Made by a program: the position numbers and the translations under genes. Below, piece after piece: positions 33,291 to 47,299 of a DNA stretch of 64,000 nucleotides; within the stretch, counting starts at the first letter, position 1, and each line of letters begins with the position of its first letter. The notes beneath the pieces were generated by a model. That model ran no database searches and was not told the DNA's origin. It worked only from the letters and a program-made list of their open reading frames with translations. This DNA comes from Chrysemys picta bellii. Lineage: Eukaryota. The stretch covers positions 12,586,001 to 12,650,000 of the forward strand of contig NC_088812.1 in assembly GCF_011386835.1 (NCBI RefSeq), read 5' to 3'.

Positions 33291-36200
33291 ATCTGTAGGA
33301 GCCCCCTTGCTTCAGAGGAGGGCTTTTCTGATTGAATTTCTTTGAGTTAAATTCATTCTTGCTATTGGTGGAAGCTCCTGTTGCGATGGAGCTCTGTATT
33401 TAGTGAATATGAGTGGATGGACGGATCAACTACTCTGATTGCACGGGGGGGAGTTCCTGGAGCTTTCCTGGGATTGTATTGATGTGTGTGACAGCGGTGG
33501 CTAGGGACCATCCAAGAACAGCACCTCATTGTTCGGCACGATGCAGAGGAGACCCCTTTAGAGCGGCTTTAGCACTTGTATTCAGCTTCCCATCTCATGC
33601 CAGTCCCTGGTCTCTGGACACCAACAGTACAACAGGATTTCTAACTTTTCTGGGTACCTCCATGAGCTGTGTCGGGTTGTCTATTCTTGTGATGTGTTTA
33701 CGCACATGTGTACACACCTCACTTTCACACACTCTGAAGAAGCTTGGCCTTGTTGAAGTGGGAAACCCACGTAACAGAAGAAACTCTCGGGAGCTATCGT
33801 GCGAAATAGCGTGCAGGTCGAACGTTCTTATGCCTGACACACGTCTCTGCCAGACTTGCAAGCGACTTCATGTCTGTGCTTTCCCGTCCTCCTCTCTGAA
33901 ATGGGGGTGCTACTCCCGGGGCACGGGGAGGCTTAATTCAGCTCGGTTTGTAAAGTGCTCGGAGATCCTCGGTTTTGGAAGGCCCTGTCTGAGTGCAGAG
34001 AATTGTTGGAAGAAGACAATTTTCTCTGGTACTAGGCACTTAGGTGACCTGAGCTGCAGTGAGGAGGTGGGTAACTTGGCTTGTGTCCGCATCCTTATGC
34101 TGTGGAAGAATCAGGAGAGACAACACCTTTGTGTTTTGCGGGAGCTCGGACCTCCAGCATGGAGGGAAGGCCAGACAAGGTTCTGCGGAAGCCTTCAAAG
34201 GCGAAGCCATTTAAAAAACCCAAACAAACCACCCTTTGCGGATGGCCTTTAAGGGTCTGTGGTGGCTGGCTTTGCAATGAGGCTGCTGCTCTGAAGTGTC
34301 CTTCGTGTTTAGCCTCTTGTGACTTGCTTAAGCCGGCATACAAAGGGCTGTAACTAACCTGTGATTGGCAGGTTCAGCTAGGGGGTGGGGTGACCAGCAA
34401 TTCACTCTTCGGGACAAGCCCTGGGAATGTCTTCAGTTGGAGAAGCCCAATAGTCTTCTGACCCCAAGGGCCGGACTTCCAAAAGAGATCGGCTCCCAAT
34501 GGGAGGCGCTGAGGACTTTCAAAGCTGGCCCTAATTGTAGTTACTAAACCCTCATGTTGCTCCCTCCGTATCGAACTCTCCCCATCTGGGTCTGGCCTAA
34601 TTTGAAGCTCTAACCCGGCTGCGTTTTTCCTGGACAAGCAAAGCAGAGAGTGGCTGCTAAGAATCAGAGCACGCTGGCTTGTGCTGGCTGCTTCTCCAGA
34701 ATCACGCAGGGCTCTCCTAGGATGCTGACGAGGTCATTGCTTAATCATGCCTCTTACATATCTAACAAAACAAGGGCCTCGGAAAGCGGAAGGAAGCATT
34801 TCCCTGTCTTTAGCCAGCTCAGCGCCAGGAAAGCTGAACATGCCGTACTCGGGTTGCTACCGGATTGTTCCTGGATTCTTGCTTTAGAAGACTAAAATGG
34901 CGACTGTCCCTCCTCCCTGGGGCTGGGAAGTATCGGGCTGCCCAGCGTTGGAGTTGTACAAATCACAGTGGTTACATTTAGCGTTTCCTGCCAGATTTTG
35001 GCCTTTAGTCTGCTTGTCTCAAAGCAGCTGGGGAACGGGAAATGACCAGGCTTTTCCTGGCTGCTCGCTGGAGAGTCTTCAGGTGACCCTTGTTTTCTTG
35101 AATACTTGGCCCTGTTAATGCAAACAGATCTTCCCTATAACACACCAGACTTGGAGCTGCTCTCTCCCCTCAAGGCCTGGAAGTGCTTCCTTTAGGGTGT
35201 GAACACGGAAGGAAAGGCCTGAGAGACTGAGAAATGGCTGGTGATTTTGGGGTGTCTGATTTGAGAGGTCTCAAAGGGACCTGAGCGCACAGCCTCTGAG
35301 TCAGGTCTCTTGAAGGTGTCTCAGATTTGATAGCCACAGTCAGGACTCTTCTTGAAAAATCCTGGCCCAGTTGCCTGCATTTGAGAAACCCGGCTGCCCT
35401 TGGCTCCAGGGTCACCGGTGCTGGCCATGGAATCCAGAAATGGGCTCCGGAGAGTTGGTAGGCAAACCAACCACCACACGTTTTGCTAAACTTTCCCTGA
35501 CTCATCGCTAGGGGTACGAATCCACTGGAATAAAGGGCTAAGATGTGCAACACTTAAATCTGTTACATGGTGAAATGAACACTCTGAAGTTTAATGCCCT
35601 TTTCTTCCATTGCTCCCGATATCTTTTTTTGCAGTTACTAACATCCCAAAGCAGATGTAGAGTTGTTTGAATTAACACAGTTCGGCAGACCTTGTTTTCT
35701 AAGGGGGCTCTAGTAAAGAGGCATCGCTAGCATGCATGTGTTTTGAGGTCTTAAAATGCATTTCACATCCGGTCGAAGGAATCCTTTCTCCCAGTCTCCT
35801 AGTGCATTGAACAAAGGATTGAGCTGAAGTCCTGAGAGACCTTAAGGACCTCAACTCACAGCCGCTGGCAGACCGGAGGCGTTGTTTTGGTTCCAGTTTG
35901 TGTGTAGCCAAGTGTCTGCAGTTCACGCCTCTGTGATGCAGCTAGTGTCCTATTTCAATGAAAATCTGGTTCTGTCCCTACCTGGTTAACCCCCTCCGCC
36001 CACCACTGGCCACCACTTGAAATAGGATCTCTAGTATTGACTCTACATGTTCCACTTTTGCTAAACTAGTGCAAACCTTTGGATGCTTCAGGTTTCAGTG
36101 GTTTCTTTAGGGCTGGTTTAAACCTGTTCCTAGTTGACTTCACTTAAACTGCAGTAAGTTGTTCCCACAGCCTCTGGTGCTGGTCTAATTAAGTGGGGTT

Positions 36201-37460
36201 AGACTGGTTTAAGTTAAACCGGCCCAGCTCTGGGTGTAGCGAACCGTCTGTCTCCCCACAGTTTCCTCCTGAGAACTCACAGCAGTATGGTTCTTTGCAC
36301 CCATTGCCTGGCTTGGGGGAGAACAACTTTTGGCCATGGGGAGTGGCCATGTGAAACTGACCAGCGTTGCGTCAGTTTCACTCTGCTGCAGACCTGTGCC
36401 AGAGCTTTCTCACAGGGGAGGCCTTAAAAGGGGTGGGGGTTACTGGGCAGGGAATGGGTCTGCCGATGGCCCTTGTGGGGAGGCGGTGTGCCTGTACTGC
36501 TCAGGGGAATGGGGATCTCCAAATACATAAACAAAAATTGACCAAACTGTCCCTCATTTAAGAATTTCCCTTCAGAAGGGCAGTGATGGAATAGTTCAGT
36601 CCCTCCGTCCTGCCCCCAGAGAGCCGGGGGAGGGAGGGGAGACAGGATGATGTGGAATTTCAGGCCACTGGCAGTAAACAGAACAGATGCATGCAGGCTG
36701 CAACTGGGGCCTGAGCTCGTTGCTGCGTAACGGAGAGCTCTTGACTCCCCCTGCCCCGTCCCAGAACAGGTCAGGGGCGCTGCCCCTCAACCCTGGCCCT
36801 TGGTACCACATGGTGCAGTGCACGGTCCTAGCCGGGAGCTGTTTGCTACATCTCCAGGAATGCAAGTGAGACATCTGCTAGGACTGCTGACTCACTCACT
36901 CAGCTGTCAGGCTCCGGCTTTTCCTTTCCCTGCTTGGCCCGGTTTCTGCTTGTCAGCGTGCTGCTTCCTAACGCTCAGCCACCAGCGAGGCTCCGGGGCG
37001 CGGGGCTCTCTACCTTCATGTAGGGGAGATCGGCGCTCTTGGCAGGAAAGGGAGCGTGGCCCAGGAGGTGCAGCAGGCGAGTCGGACTCCCGGGTTCTAT
37101 TCCTCGCTCGCCCTTGTGTGCGGTATTACTGAGCTGTACATTGGGGATCAGTCCCTCTCGTGGGGCTGTTTGGGGCTTAGTAGGGTAATAGGTGCTTTCC
37201 TGCTGCACTCGGCTTCTGTATGATTGGAGCGGAAGGCAGCTCAGTCCAACCGAGTTAACGTCGGAGACCAAAACCTGAGGAGCCCTTCCAGCTCGGGAGT
37301 GTGGGATCTCTGCCGTTTGCTGATTCTCCTCCCCTTTGTGTTTCAGGAGAGTTGAGCCCCTAGGATACCGTTCCTTGGCTCCGAACCAAGCCAAGAGCTG
37401 GTCAGTGGCGTGAAGGGTCTCGGATCTGCTGGGGCGCAGGGTGTGACCGGAATCCAGGCC

Positions 37461-37623
37461 ATGACCAGCAGAGGAGCTGCCAGGCCGAATGGTCAGTCCC
37501 AAGCTAGTAAAATCTGTCAGTTTAAGCTCGTGCTGCTGGGCGAGTCCGCGGTGGGGAAGTCCAGTCTGGTGCTGCGCTTCGTGAAGGGTCAGTTCCACGA
37601 ATACCAGGAGAGCACCATTGGGG
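37461..37623 (+). CDS. RAB5B: Ras-related protein Rab-5B, first coding exon (exon begins 37347)
   Basis: Acceptor tttcag| at 37346. [54 protein letters not shown], donor |gtaagt. Confidence 0.98.
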
Positions 37624-39185
37624 GTAAGTGCTGTGCGAGAGCGTGGGGGAGTGTGCCTGGGGGGTAGACGCAGACTGGCTCCCTCGCTCCCCACCTGATG
37701 AGGGCCCAGCTGCCCTCGGCTGGCCACTTCAGACCCTGTCTTGTCACTGGGAGCCGCCCAAGGCCTGTAGCGCCTTCAGAGGGGCCCAAGTGAGTAGCAG
37801 GCCTGAGGCTCAGTGCTAGTTGGCGTAATGAATCCATGCTCCTTCCAGAGTTACCTGCAGCCTCGCTGTATGTAGAAGGATGAGCGTCAGCAAGTCACAG
37901 CTGCCTGAAAGAATCCCATAGTGCATGTGAAGATGGTACAGCCAATTCTCAGATCGCGGCTGAGGCAAGATCGCATGATGCATCTTGGATTAATAGGTGG
38001 CATGTCTGTATAATGGGCAGTGAGGCAGGGTTGTCCAATGGCTAGAGCACTGAAGCAGGAGCAGAGACCTGAGCTCTGTTTGTGTGCCTGCGTGCACGTG
38101 TCACTGCCCCCTCTGTAAAGTGGGGACCATCTTTCATGGAGAGCTTGGAGACTTGCAGTAGTGGAGGGCTGAGGAAGCGCTGAGTGATCACGGGGTGAAT
38201 CCCCCAGGAGACATGTTCCTGACTCCTTCAGCGCCCAGCAGTGGTTTGACACCTGGGTTGCTCAGTCTTGACTCATGTAGAACCTTTTTAATGTGTTTTG
38301 CCTTCTCTCCGCCTGTCTTTCCCTAGCTCGGGGGGACCGATAGCGCGTTCATGTGGCCATACAGATCCATAGACATCCGTTAGTGCATGGAACTGGGAGC
38401 CAAGGCTCCTGGGTTCTGCTGTGGGCAAACCCCACCCCATTGTATCCGTTTCCCTCCCTTTGCCGGGGGACTTACGGGTCAGTTAGGTTTGAAAGTCACG
38501 TGCAAAGCCTTTTTATCGAGGGGGGCCGCATGCCCCAAAAGCTGCAGGGAATGGAACCAGGCTCTTGAAGGCTTGTGTCTTTGAAAGGAGCTAGGGCTCC
38601 CAACTTACACCAAAGGGTGCTGTGCTCCTCTGGAAACCAAGCCCCCTTTAACATGATTGCTAGTCCCTCTTGAAAACGTAGGTCGCAGTATCCCATGCTG
38701 ACTCGTGTTGGATCCCACACGACCGCATCGGGATGTGCCAACCTGCCTGGGCACAAACACTGGTCCTGTTTGGACGTGGCTGTATCCACCCCGTCTGGCA
38801 GGTCAGGAGACGCAGCCACAAGCCTCCAGCTCCTTCCAGAACCCAGGACTGGCTCTTGTTTGCAGACGCCATGTGAGCCGTCTCTCTGATCTCTGGATAA
38901 GCATGCAGCTGGCGCACAGCAGCAGGGTTTCAGCAATAGCGGGTGAATGTTAATGTCCAAACTTGAAATGATTAACCTGCTCCTGTGTGAACAATGCCTA
39001 GAGAGGCAGCACGCTCCAAGGTCCTAGATCCGGAGTCAGGAGACCTGGCTTTGCCCACAACCTGCTGCGCGCCCTTGGGCAGTCACTTCCCTTCCTGGGC
39101 TTTGCCTGTCCATCTACTTAGATTGACAGTTCTCCAGGGCAGGGGCTGAGTGCTACTGTGCCACTGACTCCCTTCCTCTCCACAG

Positions 39186-39337
39186 CGGCGTTTCTCACAC
39201 AGTCCGTCTGCCTGGATGACACAACAGTCAAGTTTGAGATCTGGGACACGGCTGGCCAGGAGCGATATCACAGTCTGGCCCCCATGTATTACCGGGGGGC
39301 ACAAGCTGCCATTGTGGTCTATGACATCACCAACCAG
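39186..39337 (+). CDS. RAB5B: RAB5B exon 3
   Basis: cacag| (A)[50 protein letters not shown] |gtacat. Confidence 0.98.
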
Positions 39338-39482
39338 GTACATTGGGAGTTCTCCTGTAGCTGTCCTGGTGCCGGGGGGAATGGGGGGGAAGGATGGTCT
39401 CGGGGTAAGGCCAGGTTCTGTTTCTAGCTTGGCCGCTCGCCGCCCACTGACTATGCTGTCCTCTCTCGCCTTTCCCTTCCAG

Positions 39483-39605
39483 GAAACGTTTGCCCGAGCA
39501 AAGACATGGGTGAAAGAGCTGCAGCGGCAAGCCAGCCCCAGCATTGTCATAGCCCTAGCGGGCAACAAGGCCGACCTCGCCAACAAGCGCATGGTAGAAT
39601 ACGAA
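39483..39605 (+). CDS. RAB5B: RAB5B exon 4
   Basis: ccag| [41 protein letters not shown] |gtgagt. Confidence 0.98.
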
Positions 39606-40179
39606 GTGAGTAGCTGGGGTGTGTGGTGTCCCAGCCCCCTGTGACCACCTGAATTCTGCCCCTGGCCTTGGCACCTAGCTGCAGCAGCACAGGAGGCTCG
39701 GCTCTGGCTGGGGTCAGCCAGCAAGCAGCTCGTGGGTCCGCTGAACACACGCTCTGTCAGGTTCTCCCAGAATCCCAGTGTGGGGGCTGCGCTGGGAAGG
39801 GGGAGCAGCCCCCTGGAATCTAACCCGCCCAGGAGCGTTGGCAGCCCCTCGGAGTGGCACAGGGGCGTCCTCCACCCACCCTTCGAGGTGGATCGCTGCG
39901 TCCGTCAGGCGGCTAGCCAGGCCTGTTAGCACGGCCGAGCCCCTGCAAAGCGCTGAGCGGCCTCTCAAAGAGCGGAGTTTGCTGCTTCCTGCCTCCAGCC
40001 CAGTCGGGGTTAAGGGTCCGTCTCTGGAGCCGCATAGCACAGGACCTCGGCCTCTTGTGTAGAGGCGGGACTGTCTGCCTGTAAAAGGGTCTCGTTGGTG
40101 GGTCTGGCCGCCACTCAGCCTTCCCACCCCGTCCAGGCGGGAACCCCCCTGAACAGTGGAACTTGCATCTCTGTTACAG

Positions 40180-40273
40180 GAGGCACAAGCCTATGCAGAT
40201 GACAACAGCCTATTGTTCATGGAGACATCGGCCAAGACTGCGATGAATGTTAACGATCTCTTCCTGGCGATAG
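40180..40273 (+). CDS. RAB5B: RAB5B exon 5
   Basis: ttacag| [31 protein letters not shown] |gtaagg. Confidence 0.98.
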
Positions 40274-41234
40274 GTAAGGTGTGGGTGCGGCAGGAGATAG
40301 GCAGAAAGTGCCCTGGCGGGCTGCAGATCCACCAGGCTCCTGTCTTGGGAGCTCCGCACCAGGTGGCTGCGGGAGGCAGTCGTCCCCCCTCTTCCCCCCC
40401 CCCCCCGCCTCTGTAGAGACACTGATTCATGCAGTCCGTGGGGAGGGATGGAGCCCCCCTTCCTGCCCTGCTCCAGTACCACAGGGCTGTGGACGTTAAC
40501 CTGGTAACTGAAGGCGTTTCTCGGGGGGAGCAGCTGGACTGCAGCATGTTCAGTAGAGAAGCAAGCAGTGATCTGCCATCGGCTCTGGGGCTGGGCTCAC
40601 GTGGCGCTCCGTGTTGAAGCAGCGTTAGCGTTGGAAGGCTCGGAGGGGACCTGTGACAGGCTATTCTTTGCGGTTACAGATTAGGCTGCTGGGTCTTTGT
40701 GCCCTTGGAGACCTTCCACGTCCCTGCTTGGTCATGGAGCCGGTTGAAACCTTGGCTCCTTCTCGCAGCTCCAGGGCAGCCTCGTTTCTGCTTTTCTTAG
40801 CACCTCGGGCTTTCGTGCCTTCAAATCCATGTGTGCAAACAAAAGGCCTGGGAGCTGCTGCTTGCGCCGAATCTGCGTCGCCTGGGACGTATCCACGGGA
40901 AGGCCCTGGGAGCTCGGCTGGCTCCTTCTGGCCTGGATGGCGCCAGTAAGGATCGGTTGTGCAGCAGGACTGGCACGGGAGCGACTCCAGCCAGCTCTCC
41001 TGGTGCTGGCTAGCTCTCCGGGGCCGGGGGGGGTGCAGCAGGACAGGAGCTGGGTTCCCCAGAGAGCCGAGTGGTGGTGGGGGCAGCGGCAAGATGGTTC
41101 TGAAATCCAGATTTGAGTCTCAGAAATGGGCCATCTGAGAACCGGCCTGGGCGGAAGGTGGCCGGGCTCTCAGGGGGCAGGGAGGGGAGCTGCTCCTCTC
41201 CGGCCTCGTTCACTCTCTCTCCTCTTTCCACCAG

Positions 41235-41350
41235 CCAAGAAGCTGCCAAAGAGTGAGCCCCAGAGCACGGGTGGCGTGGCGGGACGGAACCGAGGGGTGG
41301 ACCTCCACGAGCAGACCCAGCAGAACAAGAGCCAGTGTTGTAGCAACTGA
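41235..41350 (+). CDS. RAB5B: RAB5B exon 6 (to stop, CCSN prenylation motif)
   Basis: ccag| (A)[37 protein letters not shown]. Total 648 nt = 215 aa. Confidence 0.98.
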
Positions 41351-44300
41351 AGGGTGGCGTTCGAGAGCGAGGCCGGCGCGAGACGACGAGCTAAGAGAGA
41401 CCCTCCATTCCCACCCCCGTCCACCACACTTCACCTCCCCTAACACCGGCGCACCGACCCCTCCCGGCGCCTCTAACTGCACTTTCTAATGCTTCAGAAC
41501 CACCGCCAGACATCTGTTCCCACCACGCCAGTGCCAGTGGAACCAGATCGACCGGGGACTTAACTTCCAAAACACAAACTCTTCACTTTGTATTATAGGT
41601 GCAAATAGCTACCTAATTCTGATTGATTCCCCGTCTCCTTCTCCCAGATAATTCCTCCCTCCCCCCCACCCTCTCTTTGCTTTGGTAAATCTGTGTTCTC
41701 GGTCCCATAACACCTGTCCTCTTCTACCATCCCCCCCTTTATTTAATGCTGGGGGGAGGGGCCCAAAGGAGGTGGAAACTTAATCCTTGTAGGCTTATTT
41801 TATGAAGAATAAGTTGAACGGGGACCTACAGAAAACACTGTTTTCTGAGGGTGTCTTTTGTGGGTTTACTCTTTAATTTTTCTCCTGGGGTTTTTTGTTT
41901 TTTTCCCCATCTATTTCAATGTTTGAGGGGGCGAGGGGGGGGGAAGCTGCAGTGTCCTTAATTTGGTCCTGGGTGGCCTTTCCGGCAAGGGAGCGGAAGT
42001 GCTGGGGAACGGGGGGAAGTGGGGGGGTTGGAATCCTGTGACCCAACAGGGTGGCTGATTCTGGCTAGCATTGATCGCTAGGAAGCGACCATGGACGCCG
42101 ACTTCAGTAGCAGGAATAGAATCATGAACTACGTTGCTGTGAATATCCGGTGCAAGCAACAGCCAGCCCCCATAATCCCATTGCTCGTGGGACTGCCAGG
42201 CCCATGCACCCAGCATCGTGGCAGATGGTATCATTCATACTGACTTGGGGGGGTGTAAAACCCCAAAGTTCCCCCTGCGTCCGGTATTGTGCAGGGATAC
42301 GCCCCGTGAGATCTCATGGCCTCTCGGAGCTGTTGGTTTATTCTTCCCCTATCACCAGCCGCGCAAATTCTCTGGTTTGCACTTTAATCTCCAGTCTGTC
42401 CCGTTGAGCTCATCTTGCCTTGGGTCCTGTTCAGTGTTAGCTATCTCGAGGGCTCCTTAGCCCCTGGGGGGGTCATCACACTGAGCTCTGCTGCTCTCCC
42501 CGCTAAGAGGAACCCACCCAAGGCTTTATCCTCTGGGCTCCAGGCCGCTCCTGTGTCGAGTAAGCTGCAGAGCCCCCTGCTGTGGGCCGGGAAACGGGGC
42601 TCACTTTGTCTGTTACCCTGCAGTCCACGTGACTAGCCAGGATCACTTCAGAATGGGGGGGGGGGGGGAACCGTGCTGAGCAGCAAACCTAGGGGGCTCC
42701 AGGTGGGACATGGGACTGGGAGTCTGTTAGAGAGGAGGTGAAGGAGAATGGGAGGCCATGCAAAGGTAGAGGACCTGCCTTCCTTCCTGGGCCTGGGCGA
42801 GGCGGCTCTCTGTGGACTGCCCCTTCCCCATGCCCCTGTCCGCTCCATTGTCTTTCTAGCATGGGCTGGAAGGTGGGTGAGGGGGGGGAGGACGGATGAT
42901 GCAAGGGGAGTCTCCTACTCGCTCTGGGACACTGGCGAGGGCTCGGCTCCCCCCCATGGAAGGAAAACACTGGTTATCTTGAGGTCCCTGTCAGTTCCCC
43001 CCTGCAGGTTCTCCTCTCTGGACGCTGAGGTTGGGGCAGGGGGTGTCACCGCTTCGCAGACCCACACCTGCCCCAGCTGGGTATGTTGGCGGGTCAGACA
43101 GGCACCCAGCCTGTCTGTCGTGTCACAAGCTCCGCTCCACGGCTGAGGGCCCCTCTGAGATACAAGCTCTCACTTGCGAAGCAGCAGCAGGTTTTATTTT
43201 GGCTGTAACTAGCGCTTGGGCCCCCGGTGTAGTCCCAGAAGAGCTGATCCCCGGTGCATCAGAGCAGCACCCCGGTCGCTGTGTTAACGATGGAGCCTCT
43301 GGGTCCGAGTTGACCGGAGTCGCCCTTGGATGTGTTGTGACCTGACGAGGATCCTCGATGCACCATTGCTGCTGGCGCTAGCTGCCGGCTTTTCTGAGGT
43401 GCCGCGGAGGCTGCCAGGGCCACAGGCTGAACTTTGCCTCTTGTGAGCAGGGGCAAAGGGAATCTTGCACGTCCCCCTGCACCTGGTCTCTGGATAAACC
43501 GCCTCTGGGGCGGTCAGTCGTATTTTTAAACGCTGCCCCGGGGAGAGCCTGCGAGGGAGCTCCTGCCTTGCAGAGCTGAGGCTACTGCCCTGTGTGTTTA
43601 GTGGGGGGAGCTTTGAAGTGGGGTCTCTCCAAGGGGGAGATGTGATGCCCTCCGCCAGCACTAGCCAAACTGGAGCCCCAGCATCTTCCAGGAAGCAGGC
43701 CCCTGTCCTCGTCTCGTATTGTCGAGGTCAGAGTTGAAGTAGAGAAACTACTAGGCGGGGGAGGCACCAGGCCAGCCTGGGAGGGGTGGGAAATTGATTG
43801 GGCCGGTCGCTTTTCCCAGCACCCCTCGCTGAGTTGGCTGTGTATGGGGGGGCGGCCTCAGGGCCAGGAGATCTTTGGGGAGGGCTGAAGGGTGACATGG
43901 CCTCGTGGGTATTCGGTCCTTTTCTCCTCTGATCCCTGCAGTGACGTGACACGTAACTTCCCCCCGCCACTAACACAAGGGCGTTGTTGGAGATTTCAGG
44001 CTGCACTTGTAACGTTCCGGGGGGGGGGGCCTCTGTCCTTGCTGGAAAGACTCTTTTTCTGCTCGGTGGAAAGACTCTACTTACCTGTACGACAACCACG
44101 AGCATCCACCCCCCGGCTGCTGGCAACGCTGGAACGCCCCGAGCCCACGCACCTCTTCCGGGAGTGGTGGTGGTTTTCTGGCTAACTCCCTGGCCCAAAT
44201 GGGGACACTGCAGCTTTTGAAAGCCCTCCCTCGCCCCCAGCCCGCTTGCCTTTTTTTTCTGATCAGTTTTTTTTGCTTTTTGAGGAAGCTCCTCCATCGC

Positions 44301-44385
44301 ATTTAAAATAACAATCATGGTAACAGAATTCCGCTGCTGATTTACCAATGTATTTAATGTAAGTAAAAAACAAAAACATCCGTGT

Positions 44386-44410
44386 ATTAAATGAACCTGC
44401 TGTTTTATTG
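44386..44410 (+). terminator. RAB5B: Candidate RAB5B polyadenylation signal
   Basis: ATTAAA 44386-44391 at the end of an AT-rich 3' UTR block, followed by U/GU-rich tgttttattgtgg. Confidence 0.55.
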
Positions 44411-46369
44411 TGGCTGAAGCTAGCTGGTGTGGGGGGGTGAAGAGGGAGGGTTGGCTTCTCTGTCAGGGCGAGAACCCGCTCTCACCCCCGCCTCGGGCTC
44501 GTGTTCTCTGGGTGGGGTCAGAGCAGGGGCACAAAAGGATTGTTTCTAAATCCTAAGCCAGCCGGGCTGTAGCCTTGTGAAAATCTGCTGCCTCGCAGCC
44601 CCTGTCCACGTACCCCAGGGCCAGAAGTGCGGGGAACAGCTGAGATTTGAACGTGCCTGGGCCTCCCCATCGCACGCGCAGGGTCTGTGCTCGTGGCAAA
44701 CGGGAATGAGCCTGGGTCCCCGGGGTAGTTCCCCTGCCTGTGGGCCTGGCTCTGATCCTGGGGCGGTGAGGATACCCCATGGCTGTGGCAGAGCTCCTCT
44801 CGCCCACCCCCTGTCCTGTCAGGATGGGGGTGCCTGGAGCACAAGTCAGGAGGTGGGGGTTAGGCTTGTCCTTTGCCTGGCTGGGCAGCAGAGGGTGCAG
44901 TTGAGCAGCCTGTAAGCTGAAGCTCCTGGCTGGCGGGGCCTGGCCTGGCACCGGCTTGGGGACGGTCACTGGATTTGTCAAGGTGCCCGTTGGATGGGGG
45001 TGAGCATCACATGCCCCCCCTGCTCCCAAACAGGCCAGTCTGAGCCCAGCTCCGCAGCACCCCCCTGCACTTGCTTTGATGGGGATTCCTGGGCTGGGGC
45101 GAGCGAGCTCCTCCCATGCCCAGCGAGCACAGGTGTTACGCCCTCTGCGGGGTGATAGACCAGGGGTTTGTCAGGCCACCTGATGCTCCCACGGAGGGGG
45201 TGGGGGTGTGACTGGCAGGAACCTGGCTCTAGCCTGCAGCCAGGCCGGGCTGCCGACGTGCTTCTCGGGGCCTGAGAGATGGGAGGGGGCTGGGGCTGTC
45301 TGAGGGGCACCAGCTGCTTCAGGCTGGAGGTGGTCGAGCAGCCTCTTTCCTAGGCTCTAGCCGTCTGTTCCTAACTCCCCTTCCCGGGGGGGCCACCGGG
45401 AGCCTGGAGGGTGAATGCCCGGCACAGCTGGTCCCGGTTGATAAATGGAGCAGGTGGCTGCCCCTCTGCCCCCGCCTGATAAGAGCTGGGCTGATGTCAC
45501 CGCCCACAGGCGCCGAGTTAAATCAACAAGTGCCAGGAGGGGTCAGCTTGGGTCGTGGGGGAAGGTGAGGGAGCTTGTGACTTCTCTGCGGCTGGGGTGA
45601 GGCCTGTGTGTCCACGGGCCTGAGGCTGGTTCAGCCCAGTTCCTACGGGGCGTGATTGGTACCTGCCTGGCCGCCTTGGCACTGGGCTGAAGAGCTCATC
45701 CCAGGGCGGGGGCTGAGATGCATGGGGGGGGGCAAGCCCCTGGGCTGTGCCTACCCGAGGGCAGCCGGTGCCAGCAGAGCTCCTCTGCCTGGCTGGTTCT
45801 CACGGGCTGATGCCAGCAGGGAGGGGCTGGGCCGTAGAAAAGGAAGCGAACGGGACTGTAATTAGCTGGTTCCCAGCCAAGGTTTTGTGGGCCCAGCATG
45901 GGGAGGGGGGAGAGGGAGGTGTGATGGCTTTGCGCCCGCTCACCAGCGTGGTAACTAGCGTGGGCCTTGGGCTGCCCCTTGAGAAGGGGCCGAGACCAGG
46001 GGGGAGGTGGGAAATAGAATCTGCTCCTTCCCAGCTCTCACAGCACCGGGCCGGCCTGAGAGAGGTTCTCTCAGGCAGCGGGTGCTGGCTGAGGCCTGAT
46101 GCCGCTGATCCTAGACAGGGCAAGGGAGCCCCCGAAGGCTAGTTCTGCTTAATGGCCGGCTACTGTCCCTATGCAGCTACCCACTCCCCCCACCTCCCCT
46201 GCATGAAGACTTTCCTCGGGCAGGTGGGGGGGTGCTGAGCTGCCTGGTTGTGTGGGCCAGGGGCTGGGGGGGGCTGGTTGTGGGTAGCTGCTCCCCACAT
46301 GCTTGGGGCTGAGAGGGGGAATTGCTGCCCCTTGCCAGCTGCTGGGGCGGTTCCTGGGTGTGAACGGCG

Positions 46370-46445
46370 CTGGCAGGGGTATGGCCCCGGGAGAGGTGGC
46401 TGGTGGAGTCTTGCACCCAGAGGTCACGGGTTCAAAGCCAGCTGC
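46370..46445 (+). mobile_element. tRNA-derived SINE head remnant
   Basis: B-box-like gggttcaaagcc with tRNA-like upstream spacing. No cloverleaf, so not a tRNA gene. Confidence 0.3.
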
Positions 46446-47299
46446 CGGAAGCACTTGCCAGAGTTTGCTCCTGTTTCGCGTCCGCGCTGGGTCTGTCTGG
46501 TTTCCAGGGGTTGCGTCTACACAGCAAAATGTGTCCTACAACTGGCAATAACTAGCACCACTCGCCTCCTTCCCCGGTGGGCTGGGGCTGTACGGGGACT
46601 GGGCTGGTTCCCCGTGGAAGTTAGAGCAGTCTCAGGGCTGCTCTAACGTACCCTGCTGGGACGTGCAGAACAGCTCTAGGATGGAGCCCTCCGTCCCTCC
46701 CTTGGTCTGACACCTAGCGGCCAGGGCTGGTATATAGCCCTTCTCCAAGCTCTCTGCCTATGACCGAACGCCCCCCGGGCAGGGGCAGGGGGCTGTAAGT
46801 ACCGTGATGCTGTTGGAGCAGTGGGTGTCCCAGGGCAAACTCCTGCCTTACATTCCCAGCACTGAGCAGCCCCGGGGCTAAGGGCGGGGGTGGGATGAGG
46901 CTGTATGTTAATGGCAGTGATGGTACCCACCCCGGCTTTGGCCTCCGCTCCCTAGTGTCGCCGTGAGCCCCGTGCTGCTGCCCGGGGAGGGGACCCATGG
47001 CCTTGGCAGTACTGCCCCAGCCCAGGCTGGGAACCAGAGCTGCGCCCTGTTCCCAGCATGGCCGGGTCAGGCCTGGCCCCGTAAATCACTGCACCGGCGG
47101 TCTGGATTCTGCCCTGATCACCCTATGAGCTGGGGGAGGGGGAGGGGTCTCCGGTGAGTTTGCAGGTGCCCTGACGAGCCCCCCCTGCACCCCCAAATCC
47201 CTCCCCCCTGCAGCCATGTCGCCCCGGGAGCCGGGGATGCTACCCCGCCCTCGCCTCTTGCGTGGGAACCAGGAGGCACGTGGTGCTCCTGGTGCAGGC

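Noticed and set aside
33413-34252. 279-aa ORF in RAB5B intron 1
   Set aside because: GTG start, Cys/Ser-rich random composition, no homology motifs and no clear splice context.
46395-46445. Possible tRNA gene
   Set aside because: Only a B-box-like motif, with no cloverleaf stems; treated as a SINE remnant.
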